Shown: positions 38,253 to 51,100 of the stretch, piece after piece
Position numbering within the stretch: the first letter of the stretch is position 1
How the letters are laid out: every line of letters begins with the position of its first letter
Translations under genes and position numbers: made by a program
Source: Atractiella rhizophila
Taxonomy: Eukaryota
Reading direction: 5' to 3'
DNA: 64,000 nt
Assembly (NCBI GenBank): GCA_021432655.1
Contig: MU271290.1
Coordinates: 1-64,000 of the forward strand
Notes under the pieces: model-generated
Databases searched by the model: none
What the model was told of the DNA's origin: nothing
Seen by the model: the letters and a program-made list of their open reading frames with translations, nothing else

Positions 38253-39601
38253 GTGTCAAGCCACCGTGTTGTTGGGAACAACGTCCTGGAAGTGAATAAC
38301 AGAACCACTGAGGGTTATATGACCCTTTGGAAAGGGCATATGACCCGACGGTTAGTGTCGTTTCCCGGATTAGGAGGGTGTAAAACGTTTATATGACAAG
38401 TTTATCGATAGGTGTTAGAGTATTCTATTGATATGCTAGATGGCGTGCATCGCAGCTTGAACATTGAACGAAAACTGCCAGATACAGGTTGCTCAATCTT
38501 GGCGGTTGAAGACTATTAGAGCCATTTTGTCAATCTTTGGCGTGCAGCCAACGAGTGACCCATGAGAACACCAGGCAATCAACCTCTGTGGAGACTCAAG
38601 AAGCCTAGAGGTGTTGAGGTAGATCAAAGCTCCCCTGGAAAGCGACCATCGGGAGACGCAAAAGAGCAAAGAAGGAAGACCATTTGACGTAGAATGCAAG
38701 TTCTCAAACATCTCTTGATTCATCTCCTTGCCTTTCAAATCCAATCCTGCTATGCTTCTCCACTATCTGCACTACCTGAGCCTTGTGCCCTGTTTGTCCT
38801 ACTTCAATATTTCGCAGCCTATGAGAACAGCTGTTCAAAGCGCTCGTTTAAGCTCCTTAGAGGCACTGAATCCATAATTGGTACGATCAACATCGAGAAT
38901 CAGCGCATTAATTAGCTTCCAGCAGGCGGAAACAAAGCGCTGGAGAAAGAAGTGCTCTAATTAGGTCAACAGGGGCTGTAGTTGCCTGTAACCTGCAGCC
39001 GTCGCCTCGTCATCCGAACAAGAAGGCTATCCTTCTGAAGCAGAAGGACGTCGCCATTCTTTTCCAGAAATTAACGGACTGATGTTCAATGGTTGTCTTC
39101 CTCCTTTCGGTGACAACTTCCCTTGCGTGTATCACCATCATATGCATCCCCTGCAACCTCTAGCCCATCCTCCATCTAGAACATTCGCCGCTATTCTTGC
39201 TCCGACTATTTGGAGGAGCAAAGCCAGCAGAGGTGTTGGGTTGTGGTTTTCTTTGAGGCTTTGGACACACGTGATTTCGGCGGTTCAAGTGCGATGTGCT
39301 CTCAAGAGTCGCCTTGCAAATACTCTCTTTTCACCTTGAAACCACCCTGGCCGCACTTCTCATGCGGTTGTCTTCTAATAGTCCTCAAGCACCAACCCAA
39401 ACACGAACTATGGAGGCGTGTCTGCGTCTTGCATGTCCTGTTGCCAATGAAATGGCCAAAGTTGTACTTCACCCGTTCTGCGTGGCTGCTAACAACTCCA
39501 ACATTATGCAACGTCGTAATTATCAGTGAGTTGCCAGACAGGTTGTCGCATAAGTTCCGACTCCAACAGCAAATGCTCGCAAATAGAGGGCGAACAGCCA
39601 G

Positions 39602-39903
39602 TGAGAAACTGATTTCTTATCGCCTTGCACTAAGGGTCCCCAATCACTTATCAGTGAGTGCAAGCGATACAAATAATGTTATGTGATTTCATTGTAAATA
39701 ATCGTACATACCTAAGGGTCCCCAATCACTTATCAGTGAGTGCAAGCGATACAAATAATGTTATGTGATTGGGGAAAAGAAAGAAAAGGGAAACACATCA
39801 AGCCATACTTATAAGTCCGGGTTAGCGGTGAAGTGCACATGTTTGGTACGGCATCCGGAACGCGAGGCAAACGAACCAAACAGATGACATCCGATCTCCA
39901 ACA
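39602..39903 (-). repeat. 3' LTR of copia 1 (302 bp, two copies of an 82-bp repeat)
   Basis: TAAGGGTCCCCAATCAC starts at 39631 and 39713; PPT complement ctccccct at 39904. Confidence 0.95.
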
Positions 39904-42900
39904 CTCCCCCTCACTTCACCGCCCGCTTCCCGATTTATTCGAGTTCACACCCTTCGTACCGTATACCGTCTCGTTCGTGAGTCCCATGGTTGAACAGAAA
40001 CGCCAGTGCGTCGTTGCCGCAAGCCCTTTTGTGAGTAAGTCGGCAGCTTGTTGACGAGTTGGTATCCACTGAAGGACAACAGTGCCGTCGTCGACTTTCT
40101 CCCGAGTGAAATGGTAGTGTACAGCAATGTGCTTCGTACGTGCATGGGCCGTCGGATGGGAAGCCAGTCGTATCGCCCCCTGATTATCTCCTCGTATGAG
40201 AGTCGGACTAGATTGTGGGAAACCCAGGTCGAAGAACAGTCTCCGTAGCCATACTGCCTCTCGAGTGGCAGCAGACATGGCGATGTATTCGGCTTCTGTG
40301 GATGAGATAGCCACACTCAGCTGACGTTTGGATACCCATGTAATGGCCCCTCCAGCATTCCGGAATAGCACCCCAGAGACAGAGCGTCGGTTCGTTGGAT
40401 CCGCCGCATGATCCGCGTCGACGTATGCGTCTAGTAACGGTTGTGAGAATGTGTAGCCATCGTAGACTAGTCCGTGATCCAGGGTACCCGCCACGTAACG
40501 AAGGATACGCTTCACGGCGTGCCAGTGGTCCAAACCCGGGTCCTCAAGGTAGCGTGCAACCTCAGAGACTCCGTAGGCAATATCAGGTCGTGTACACGTT
40601 GTGAGATAGATGAGCGCCCCTACAGACTCTCGATAGGGTATGTTTCGCATGCGTTCACGTTCCTCTAAGGATTTCGGTGACATTTCGGGAGACAGCCTTT
40701 TATTTGATTCGCAGGGCATCTGGACTGGGGATACGTTGTCGCCCAAGTAGCGCTGCACTATCTTCCTGGCGTAGCCACTTTGGTGTATCTTGACTATCCC
40801 CATCCCATCTTCTGCCTCGATCTGAATGCCCAAGAAGACGGATGCTGTCCCAGCACGCAAGGAGAAGAACTCGCCCAATTTTCTGAAGATAGAATCCATG
40901 AGTTGATCTGAGCTGCCAACCACCAGTCCATCGTCTACATGAAGGCACAGGATGAGCGTGTCGTTTTGTTCGCGTAAGATGTATACTCCTTCGTCTGCAG
41001 TTGATCGCACAAAACCCAACTCAGTGAGTACCTTATGAATCTTTTTCCACCATTGTCGCCCTGCCTGACATAATCCGTACAGTGCCTTCCCGAGTTCGTA
41101 AACTTCTTGTGGGCGTTCTTCATCTACAAAACCCGGTGGTTGTTTGACGAAAACTTGTTCTTCGAGGTCACCGTTCAGGAAGGCATTACTGACGTCGAAT
41201 TGTCGTCGAACCCATCCCTTCTGAGCTGAAATGGATAGGACAGCTCTGACAGACGCCATGCGTACGGTAGGTGCCCAAGTCTCTGTGTAATCGAGGCCTG
41301 CCGTTTGCTGATCTCCACGGACAACCAGTCGCGCTTTGTATTTTATGACCTCCCCTGCTGGGTCTCGTTTGATCGTGAGCACCCATTTAACTCCCAAGGC
41401 CCTTCGTCCCACCGGTAACGTCTTCAGTCCGCCCTTCCAAGTACCCATCAACTCGAGCGCCACCATTTCCGCCACCATCGCCGCTATCCACTTGTCACGG
41501 TCAGGGCCAGAAATCGCCTGTTTGAATGTCGGTTCGTCGATGCTTCCGGTCCAGTAGACTTCGTGCTCCTCATGGTGGTCCGTACTCTCATCGAATGCTG
41601 CTTTGAAGACTGATGGATTCCGCTTCACTTCTGCAGCCAGTTCTTTTGCAGGTGCGACGATATCATCACTCCAGTAGACTTGAGCGTAGTATAGACCGCG
41701 TTCGTGCAGCTTCTTATAACCCCACGCATTTTTCCTACTTTTCGCATCCCTCGTCCCAAACGTTGTTGCCGGTGTGGAGAAAATCGTGCAATCTCCTCTT
41801 CTTGGACCCTCGCCTTTCGTATAGACGCTTCGATCTCCGCGACTCGATCTTGGACAAATGAAGCATCCCCCTCCGGAGACATCATTTCCACTGACGCAAT
41901 GGAGTCCATTCCTTCCTGTACTGCCTCTTGGGTCTCGTCTAAACGTTTTCTTGACAGCGTAGGAGATTTCGGTGTCTCAGGTATTACAGGTCGTGGGAGA
42001 TGGCTATCGTTCGTATCCAGTTTGGTCGAGTTCACACGTTTTCCATCAAGCTCCCCCTCCAACTGTACTTTCTCACCAGTCGGCTCATTGCTTCGCGGTA
42101 ACAGCATGTCAAAAAAATCATCAGGTTCTAGGTTGCGTATCGTCTCCGTTTCACGATGGTCCCTATCCTGATAGAATTTGTCTTCAAAGAATCTAGCTGA
42201 TTTTCCTTCAACTATTTGCCTCCTAGTTGGATCCCAAAATCGCCATCCGTAACCATCAGGAACGTAGCCTACGAAATACATCAACTTCGCCCTGGGCAGC
42301 AGTTTTGAGTCCCTTTGTTCCGGCATGATAGTGACCGCGGCGAGACAACCGAATACTCTGATGTGCGTCATATCAGGTTTCTTGCCATGGAACTTCTGGT
42401 ATGGACTCTGATGATTTTCGTTCGCTTTCGTAGGCATAATGTTCTTCATGTGGACTGCCACCTTTAACGCTTCGTACCAGAGATATAGAGGGAGACCTGA
42501 GTCTAGGAGAAGACATCGAACCATGTTGAACAGGGTGTACCACTGTCGTTCCCAAATTCCACCTTGATCATGAGCATACGGCATCGTCTTCATCGAGGAA
42601 ATTTGATGTTTGTTGCACCATTCTTTCATGGCAAGTGACATGAATTCCATCGCTTGATCATGCCGTATCCTGCGAACGTCGACATCGAGTTCTCTCTTAA
42701 TTGCCGTCCGAATCCCATCCAATATCGATGGTGCCTCTGACTTGAGTTTCATCCCTCCTACGACCATATACCTTGTAGCCTCATCAACTACACCGAACAC
42801 ATAACGGAATCCCTGTATGCTCGTAACCGTTGACGGCCCCCACGTATCAAAACCCAGCGTCCTCCCAGGTCTTTGTTCTCTAACCTTTGCAGGTCCCTTA

Positions 42901-45140
42901 CTTCTCTCGTACGTAGCTTTTCCCCTTGCACACGTCAAGCATTTGTCTAAACGGAATTTATTGCAGCCATCCTTTATCTGCGTGGGAGACAAGACTTCGT
43001 TCTTTATTGCAAGACGTAAACGTTCGTTGCTGGGGTGTCCAAGACGTTGGTGCCATGTACGAAGCGGCACTGCGACAAAGGATTGTGTGAGAAACGCTCG
43101 TACGATCTCGGGAGGGGGTTGTTGAGGCAGGTAGATAACTCGCCTGGAGTGTGATGAGGGCATGTCCAATGTTAGCGATCCCGAACCTTTCTCCCTTCGA
43201 ATCGTGTAGATAGACCCGTTCGGTATCATTACTGAAAACTACTCCTGCCTGCATCAGGACCTTCGAAGAGATAAGATTGACACCCAGTCCTGGGGCATAA
43301 TAAACGTTTCGGATAACCCCCGTGCTCTTCCTCCCGTTATCAAGAGTAAAGAGTATCTTGAGGTCTCCTCTTCCGACGGCGTATCCTCTTGATCTCCAGG
43401 CCCCACGTATTCCGATTGGCTTCTCTAGGGCTTTGTAATCGTGGAGAAGCCATGGACAGACCGTCAAATGGATCGAAGCTGCGCTGTCCATGTGGAAAGG
43501 CCTAGCTATCGTCTCTGCAAAGTTGCCGTCTTTAACCTCCGTACCAGCCATCAGGACTATGGCTTCTCCCACCTCCACATCTACCTCCTCCTCCAACGAG
43601 TATCTCCCGTGGTCTTCCAGGGATACCATGTAGGCTCCGAAGTCCACAGGTTCCAATCCACTGTCCTCGTCTAATTCAACGAGGTATGCTCCATTCGTCG
43701 TTTCATATTCCGACAACACTCCTGGTTGTTCAGAATAAGGTCTGCCAGTAGACGGGTCAGTGTCTGATGCGCGGATTGGGTTTGAGTGTTGCTCGTCAGC
43801 GACTGTCGCGATGAATGCTGCCGCTTCATGCTGAGGAATGTCGATATCGTATTTCTTGAAAATGGCAGTAAGAGATGCCATTTGCTGTTTTCGGTCAAGA
43901 CTGCAGTTTCGTCCATAGTGCCCTTCTCTTCCACAATGGTAACACTGACGCGGGCCTAGTCTGAATTGTCCCCGTTCGGTGGTTCCATGAGGCCAATCCA
44001 ATTCTTGACTGATCTCGCGTTAGGAGCAATTCGATTTAGGAGAGATCGTTGTTGCCGCTCGTTCCTCTTCCTGTTTCCTCCTTGATTGACCACCGTGTGC
44101 TTCGATGCTGTCGACTGAGCGGAAATCCTTGATGCAAGGTCGCTTGGGGAGGATCCCATATCTCTTTCATCCTTTCCCATCCTTGCCAGGAGTGCTACAT
44201 TTGCTCTTTCGCTCATCCTCCCTTCCTCCCTGTTCTTCAGAGCGATCTCCTCTGCCGTGAGCCTATGGACGACCGAAGCCAAGTCTGCTGGATTCACTCC
44301 TGTGGAGGATAGCCATCTTCTGGACTCGTCCTTCAGGCCGTTCACAAGGGTATACGAGAGCAAAGTGTCATTGATCGTTAAGTCGTCTTGCGACTCATTG
44401 AAGATCCTTCTTCTCTCATGCAGCTTTGCAATCCACTCAGTCAAAGGTAGCTCGCTTGATTCGTGGGTGTAGTTCGAAAATTGCCGAAGGAGGTACGCCG
44501 TATCGGTATACTCTTTCGTTTCGTACTTCTCCTTGAGGATCTTCACGGCTTTGACGGGGTCCACCTGGTCTTCAATGAATACTCTAGCTGTCTCTCCCAC
44601 AGACTGCTTGAGTATCATCATGGCCACCGCTGCCATCCTCCTCCAATTCGAGAGCGCGCAGATGAACTCGGTGTTCTCCTCGTCTCATGGGGTTTTCGTT
44701 TTGGGTGTTATCCCCCTCCCCATGTTTTCTTGCATCTGGGTCACTGTCAACCCTTCTGCGGATAGCGGGCTTATCGGTTCGGTTACGATGCCGTCCAGCA
44801 GTATACCGACGTTATTCGCATCGAGGATAGACTTCAGTGACCGGAAGAAGCGTGTGGAGTTTTGTAGAGTGAGTGGGGGAATCTTCTCATTCGCGATAAT
44901 GGTCTGGACTGATGCCATGGGCATATTGATTTCTGAGGCAACTTTTGCTGAAGACGAGACGGAATAGGGTACTGTCAACGTTGATCCAAAAAGCGGTGGT
45001 GCATCTTCGGTTCCTGGCGTAGAGGCCCCTGCACCAAAAGGGTCCTGTCTTCCAGTTGTAGCTCCCGTAGGCGTAGTACTTCCTTCCGTAGCCATTTCCG
45101 TACAGCCGTTTAGGGTCGGATTTAGCCTCTCGCTACCAAG

Positions 45141-45541
45141 TGAGAAACTGATTTCTTATCGCCTTGCACTAAGGGTCCCCAATCACTAAGGGTCCCCAAT
45201 CACTTATCAGTGAGTGCAAGCGATACAAATAATGTTATGTGATTTCATTGTAAATAATCGTACATACCTAAGGGTCCCCAATCACTTATCAGTGAGTGCA
45301 AGCGATACAAATAATGTTATGTGATTGCATTGTAAATAATCGTACATACCTAAGGGTCCCCAATCACTTATCAGTGAGTGCAAGCGATACAAATAATGTT
45401 ATGTGATTGGGGAAAAGAAAGAAAAGGGAAACACATCAAGCCATACTTATAAGTCCGGGTTAGCGGTGAAGTGCACATGTTTGGTACGGCATCCGGAACG
45501 CGAGGCAAACGAACCAAACAGATGACATCCGATCTCCAACA
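45141..45541 (-). repeat. 5' LTR of copia 1 (401 bp, three copies of the 82-bp repeat plus a 17-bp duplication)
   Basis: Repeat starts at 45170, 45187, 45269 and 45351; PBS complement ctctcgctacca at 45127-45138. Confidence 0.95.
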
Positions 45542-45562
45542 AAAGTCTACATACAATCTGTC

Positions 45563-46594
45563 TTAATTTGCAGTTGGTTTTCTTCCAGTACAAATGACAG
45601 CGACAAAATCCAGCTCGAATGGCGAGTCAGTCCCGTACCGCTCGACTAGCACTTGCTCAAGGCTTTCTTTCAGCTGTTCTTTCAATTCTTTCTTCTGTTC
45701 TTCAGACCAAGTCATGGTCATCAAGTTGATGAACATCGGTTGCCCGTATTGCCCGTACGCAAATTTGTGGGCGCTATCCACCTTGAACTTGCACGGGTAG
45801 AGCTCGACTTGCACGTCTTCGAGAGATAGAGGTGGTGACTGCAAAAGTTTGGACACGTATTCAGATGAATACCAGTCCCCAGTCCTGACCGAAGGCCTGG
45901 TGGGGTCTTGAATTGGTGGTGGCCCTGGGAGACGAGAAATTGCTTCGTTTGCCGGCGGAAACCTGTCAAGCCATCCATAATCCAGAGAGGTTTAATTGAG
46001 AAGTAACAAGACACTGACCACCCAAGGCTATTCCAAGTTGTGAACCCAATGACTCCTCCTGGCTTTGTCACTCGTATTGCCTCTAAAAACTCAAGTCAGG
46101 TTAGTCACGTAGACTATTGATCTGAGGTTGCAGACCTTGTATTGCTTTCACAGGTTCCGGAACCATCATGAAGCAGAAGTTGGTCAATGTGTGAGAAAAG
46201 GTGTTGGAAGGAAGTTTGAGATCCTGCCAGACTGTCGGAGAGGAAGAATCAGAAGTACTAGTAAATGGCGCACCATTGCGTTAGCAACCTTTGTCGATAC
46301 ATTGTTCCAGCCCTCCTCTTTGATTCTCCCCTCAAGGATGTGAAGCATTGCCTCGCTGATGTCGGTTGCAGTGATTTCGACATTTTCGAAGTGCTTTTCA
46401 TTCTTGATCAGCGCTGTGATGACTCCAGTCCCACACGCATTGTCCAAAATGTTGAGCCCTTCGAAAGGCAGAGGCTGGGAGAAAACGCCGCTTTTCTCCA
46501 GAAGGCGCCTTCCGGGGATGGAAGTGCCTCGTTCGAACTCGCGATATTGCTGAGCAACTTCAGAATTATGAAACTGGTCTGAAATCTTTTGCAT
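45563..46594 (-). CDS. Class I SAM-dependent methyltransferase
   Basis: ILDNACGTG, ATDISEAML, KPGGVIGFTTW, VAVICTGRKP; three apparent introns. Confidence 0.9.
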
Positions 46595-46716
46595 GATGGT
46601 ACGCTTTTTCAACTGAGTGGTTGAAGTGTCGAGGGAAGGACACGACGGTTCTCTTGGTGCTTTTATTGGAAATGTCATGCGCGGGTCACATAACTGAAGC
46701 TGGAGAAAGGACCAGA

Positions 46717-46906
46717 CACGGGGAGAATCCCGACCAAAAATTTCTGCACGGGGACAGGTTGGCCGAACAGGGGCTGGAGCTGTCCCCGAGCGGGGGGGAA
46801 CCCCAAAACAATAGCCAAACAAGGACAAGCATTGAACTTTGTATCTTCGGGGACAGCTGTCCCCTTGCAGAAGTTTTCGGTCGGGGACAGCCGGATTCTC
46901 CCCGTG
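46717..46906. mobile_element. 190-bp MITE-like element with CACG termini
   Basis: Perfect 14-bp TIR CACGGGGAGAATCC/GGATTCTCCCCGTG extending to about 40 bp imperfectly; internal GGGGACAG/CTGTCCCC repeats; no TSD seen. Confidence 0.75.
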
Positions 46907-47503
46907 GCTTAGACACAATCCAATCTAGCCGTCGTCGCCGATCGAGACTTCCCAGCAGATTGCATGTGCATTTCAGAATCTGATAGTAGAGTACCTGGAA
47001 GCCGAACAGCGTGAGGGAAGTTACTGTGACGAATTTGTGGTGCGTCAAGGTCAGATTGCTCTCCGTCTCTTGCCTTGAGCCTTTCTTGCCACGAACGCTT
47101 GAAGTGAAGTGGTATAGGAAAGTCTGGAAAGCCATGCAACATTGCAATAAAGGAGTGCTATCAAAGAAATGTTGATTGTGCAGATTGCCTTTGGGGCTGA
47201 GTCTGTCACTCACTTCCTTGCTTTCTGACAGCAAAAGACTGCCGGCGATACCTTTGCATTCTGAGATCTGTCGAGTTGCATCGTTTTAACCACGGACGGC
47301 CATGAGTGGATGTCGATTGCATGGATTGAGCACCTTGTGCGATTACGCAATAAAACATTGGCTTTAACCGCTCTTGGATTCGCTTGCCTTTGCTCATTTA
47401 CTCTTCGTTCACAGCAGGATCCAGACTTGCATTCACTTCTTAAGTGGTTATAGAACCCTCCTTCCTCTGCTCGAGTAGGCTGCAAGTCCATAACCTCAAC
47501 ACA

Positions 47504-48179
47504 ATGTCAACCCTTCTCTCCCTCCTTCTGATCACCAAGTCGTCCGGTCATGCCACCCTGCTCCTCGCTGTGCCGGAACACCCAGCCCCTATCCCTCGAA
47601 TGACGCGTCCGATCTACTCCAAGCCGGTGTTGAAGAAAACAGGGGGAGGATCCAAAAGGACAACCAATCATTATAGCGATTCGGACGAGCCAGATTCGGA
47701 AGACGATAAGTTCTACAGACCAGTCCAGAAGGAGGGACAATACCTCAATCTCCCAAGGAAGGTGTTAGCCGATGCGTGTGCGCCGGAGAGCGAGATGTGT
47801 GACAAGAAGTTTGAGATGGTCATTAATCATTTGGCGTTCATTGGGCACCCGGTAACCTTGAAGAAGAAGCGAGAGGCGAAGAGTAAGAGCAGAGAAGATG
47901 GAAGGAAGAACGGCGCGAGTGTGAGGAGGGTGGCTGATTCGTTGGAGCGTAGGGGGAGGACGAGAACGAGCACGAGATTGATGGAAGCCTCGAGTAGCTC
48001 GAGTCCGGAAGATCAGCGCTTTCCTCGTTCTGGAGGGAGTGCAACTGGGCCGTCTACCTTCGCCAAGACAACGGGACTTGGTGGCGTGTTGTCCTCTTCC
48101 CCAACGCATAGCAACATACCGCGAATAGCTACTATGGAGAGCCTTCCGGACTATAGAGGACCTTCGCCTCCTCCTCCCA
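47504..48179 (+). pseudogene. NPR3: NPR3-like (SEACIT/GATOR1 subunit) 5' part, truncated by a Helitron insertion
   Basis: MSTLLSLLLITKSSGH...P.P.PR..RP.Y and YL....VLAD..AP...MCDKKFEMVINHLAFIGHPV resemble the Npr3 N-terminal longin domain; the ORF runs into the Helitron end at 48180. Confidence 0.75.
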
Positions 48180-51100
48180 CAAGTGTGTCAGTGCCCTCGT
48201 CCCTCGGGCATCCCCCCCGCCAGGGGCTTCACCCCTTGGACCCCAGCCTCCGGCGGCCACTGCGTGGAGCTCTTGCGAGGGGCCTCGCCTTCGGCGAGAT
48301 CAGAGTTACACTTGTCCTGCAATTGTCAAGTGTGAAGAGTATTGTCGGTCTATTTGCATACGTTCTTGTAGATTCAAAACTTCTCTATGTACTACATTCT
48401 CAGTTTTCTTATTATCAGTCCCTTCCACTTGATGTAAATAAACTCTAAGATTCTTCACATTTGAAGCTCTTGACAGTCCGACATAAAGTTGTCCATGAGC
48501 AAACACAGGGGTGTCCAAGTATAGGCCGACAGTCTCAACTGACTGACCCTGTGACTTGTTGATAGTGAGGCAGAATGCTAACTTGATTGGGAATTGAAAC
48601 CGGCGTAGGACAAAGGGAAATGAATTGGAGACTTTGCTATCCAAAGCGATGCGTGGAATGAGAACTGAGTTGCCTGCGAATGCACCTGTGACAATTGTTG
48701 CCTCAATGACGCGAGAGAGTAGCTGGGTGACGATCAAACGTGTACCATTACAGAGCCCAGCAGAAGGGTTGAGGTTTCGAATGAGGATGATAGGGGCTCC
48801 GACTTTGAGATGCAAGCGATGAAGAGGAAGGCCTGTAACATTGAGAGTATTAAGGTACTCGACCGTAAAGCCTTGCTGAACATTCTCATTGTCATCCATC
48901 AAACGATCAGCACTGAGATAAATTCGTTCCTGTCGGGAGATAAATCTTCGGATAAGCTGATCGTTTATCAGGTCAACATCAACATTTCGAGCAGTGAAGA
49001 CCATGCGCTCTTGGAAGTATTGCCTCAGTTGATCACGATATACGTCTTCAGTTATGGTGTTAAGCCCAGGATAGATGTCATTTAAGAGACCTTCCAGGCC
49101 ACATAAGTGTGGGATTATTGTTCCATCCTTCATAGTCAATGGACCACAACCACAGTCATCTGGGTTGTCAGTTGCACCATTTCCAACTGACAGCAACCAA
49201 TTAGCAAAGTCATCAGCTGCCATATCAGCCTGGTGACGGAGAAGACGCATGTTGACCGTGAGAGGAAGGATCGTAACTGCTGGCCAAAACGGACTGTTGA
49301 TGACACATGCATCAACAATCTGTGCACGTGAAGCCTTGGGAATGACAGAGAGGCATTGTCACATGTCAGCTAATCTATTTATCAGAGGTGAACTCTTTGA
49401 ATTATCCCACTTACCACCTAGAACAAAAATTACTCCGCCAAAAGGCGCATCTACTTTACGCATATCTCTCAGCATCCGATCGACTGCCTCAAAGCACCAA
49501 CGATGGCTCATACCCACTTCATCCCATATTATCAATTCTGCCTCACGACAAAGTCGTCCATGATCACTCTGAGCCTTAACACCACAGATTGAATCTGCTT
49601 CAAGGTCCAATGGTATTCGAAAGCATGTGTGGGCAGTTCGTCCCCCTTCCAACAGGATAGCAGCAATGCCCGAGGAGGCCACAGCAAGCACAATCTTCCC
49701 AGTTGAACGAACTTTGGCAAGTAGTAAGTTTTCAACAAAAGTCTTTCCTGTCCCTCCTGGCCCATCAATGAAGAACAGACCTCCACTTCCCTCTTCCCAA
49801 GCTGCTATGATGGTGTCATAAGCATGACGTTGATCCTGATTAAGCAACAGCACCTCCCTGTTGAGATGCTCTTGAAGTTGCAGACGATCATATGCCAGCT
49901 CTTCACCAATTATTCTTGTCTCACCCCCCCACCTTTCTAACCTCTCTGTCGGTTGTGGTAGTCCAAAATCCGACAGAGACTTTGTGTGAGCCTGTAAGAG
50001 ATCTTCAATCTCGAGGAGACAGAGACTGATGATTTGTTCTTCGTGCGGATTGGCTATACCGTACTTTGTCTGCAGTAAACGTTTGCAATCATCGCTAAGT
50101 CGTTGATGATGGTTGTCCCATAACCTTCTTGGTTCACTTGCAACACCAAAAAGAAGGATATAGACAAAAAGGGACCGCATAGCGTGACCATTCTTGACTG
50201 AGCTGGCTTCCTCAAGGCAAAAGTCCCATTCTTCATCGCTTTCTAAAAGTCCCAGTGCCACACATGCGGCCTTAAATGTTTCATAAACCCTTCCCTCCAC
50301 TGTCCAAACATTCTCAAAAGACTTTGGGCTGGCTACCTTGTGTAAGAGAAGTCGGAGGTAGAAAAGCTCTCCTTGTGATGGTGCAACATAGTAGATCCTT
50401 CCAATAGCTTCTCCTCTCTGCCTGATTTTCCATGAGCGTGTGTTTGATTTCCAAGTAAGGTATTGAGGTGCTTTTGGATATGTCAAGTCCTCAGTAATGT
50501 CAGGGTGTTCCATGCAGAAGTCAAAAAATTGAGTTAGTGTGGTCTTGCTAATGTTTGGCCTGGAAAGGATATCGTTGAGGGACTCTTCCTCTGGATTGAA
50601 CGTGATAGACTGTTGATTGGGGAGGTGGATGGCTAATCGCTTGACTGTTGGAAAATGGTGATGCAATTGAAATCGGAAGATGCGGTAACAGGCTAAGATA
50701 TATGTCAGACAATCTAAAATATGGTCTCAAAACTGCTTACCTTCAGAAGATCCAATGAATCTAGCATCGAGATACTCTTGGATCTCATCCACCTCTTGAG
50801 CAGCATTGCCCCTTGTATCACGAATAGTAGCTTGGGCTCGATCATGACGTATTTGAAGAGATATTTCACAGATTTGATAGAGATGCACAGTTCAACGTTT
50901 ATATGAGCCATAAAGCGTCGAAGAATGTATGGGTTGAATGGTACAACCCAACGATTATCGTAGATAAATCCATTTGGTGTTTTCTGAAACGTACGTCCAT
51001 TGTCACGGCGTCGATAAGTTGGATATCCATCGTCATTGATGCCTGTCTCTGCTGCAAATGATTTGGGGTACCCCTTGCTACAGATCTTTCTGCCAGGCCT

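Larger units (their letters stand above)
39602..45541 (-). mobile_element. Ty1/copia LTR retrotransposon 1, full length, coding-defective
   Basis: LTRs TGTTGG...CTCA on the minus strand; PBS TGGTAGCGAGAG; PPT; gag-CCHC-PR(MDSAAS)-IN(WHQRLGH)-RT(LHVDD)-RNaseH order; one in-frame stop and three frameshifts. Confidence 0.97.

Noticed and set aside
43956..44001. Programmed gag-pol frameshift in copia 1
   Set aside because: It falls before the zinc knuckle, copia 2 uses one frame there, no slippery site was recognised, and other lesions are present.
45170..45410. Repeats resembling a CRISPR array
   Set aside because: The intervening sequences are near-identical, the repeats lie inside an LTR, and the DNA is eukaryotic.
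46595..46918. N-terminal extension of the 244-aa methyltransferase ORF
   Set aside because: It reads through the MITE from a non-ATG start; the likely start is ATG at 46594.
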